Source: Camelus dromedarius | Taxonomy: Eukaryota | Assembly (NCBI RefSeq): GCF_036321535.1 | Contig: NC_087437.1 | Location: 52,330,001-52,394,000, forward strand | Direction: 5' to 3' | Length of the DNA stretch: 64,000 bases | In this document: positions 63,886-64,000 of the stretch, one piece after another | Numbering within the stretch: the stretch's first letter is position 1 | Layout: each line of letters opens with the position of its first letter | Made by a program: the position numbers and the translations under genes | Notes under the pieces: generated by a model | What the model saw: only the letters and a program-made list of their open reading frames with translations | Told to the model about the DNA's origin: nothing | The model's database searches: none

Positions 63886-64000
63886 CAGTGATGCTCAAAC
63901 TTTTTGGTCTCAGGGCCAAAAAAGAAAAATTGAGATGCCAAAGGGTTTCTGTTTATGTGAATTGTAGCTTCTATATTTACCATAGTAGAAATTAAAACTG
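63886..64000. mobile_element. Charlie1-type hAT element, runs off the window
   Basis: 'cagtgatgctcaaactttttggtctcagg...ctatatttaccatagtagaaattaaaactg'. Confidence 0.7.

Noticed and set aside
1..64000. Prokaryotic-type systems (CRISPR, operons, defence islands) or ERV/viral coding regions
   Set aside because: The sequence is mammalian intronic DNA; the only recognisable RT/nuclease coding sequence is from LINEs, and the LTRs are solo MaLR relics.

Overview
Mammalian, AT-rich, mostly intronic DNA, probably camelid: six tRNA-Ala-like SINEs resemble the Tylopoda vic-1 family. No prokaryotic features and no confidently identified host protein-coding exon. The main feature is a full-length 7.1-kb LINE-1 (30032-37131, minus strand, 15-bp TSD). 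It has an intact ORF1, an ORF2 broken by only three lesions, a 404-nt inter-ORF region and a 1.67-kb CpG-rich 5'UTR. A promoter and first non-coding exon at about 51.8-52.26 kb (+) match my recollection of the MAP3K13 (LZK) 5'UTR; this is unverified. Two more candidate + strand exons (9325-9473 and 13823 onward) could splice into small ORFs. The rest is old L1, L2, CR1, MIR, MaLR LTR and Tigger/Charlie relics; repeat family names are from memory and boundaries of old repeats are approximate. The best leads are a tailless retrocopy of a tRNA-Glu 5' half, an ORF0-like antisense ORF and an inter-ORF ORF in the L1, and the candidate spliced micropeptides. None of these amounts to a demonstrated new biological system.
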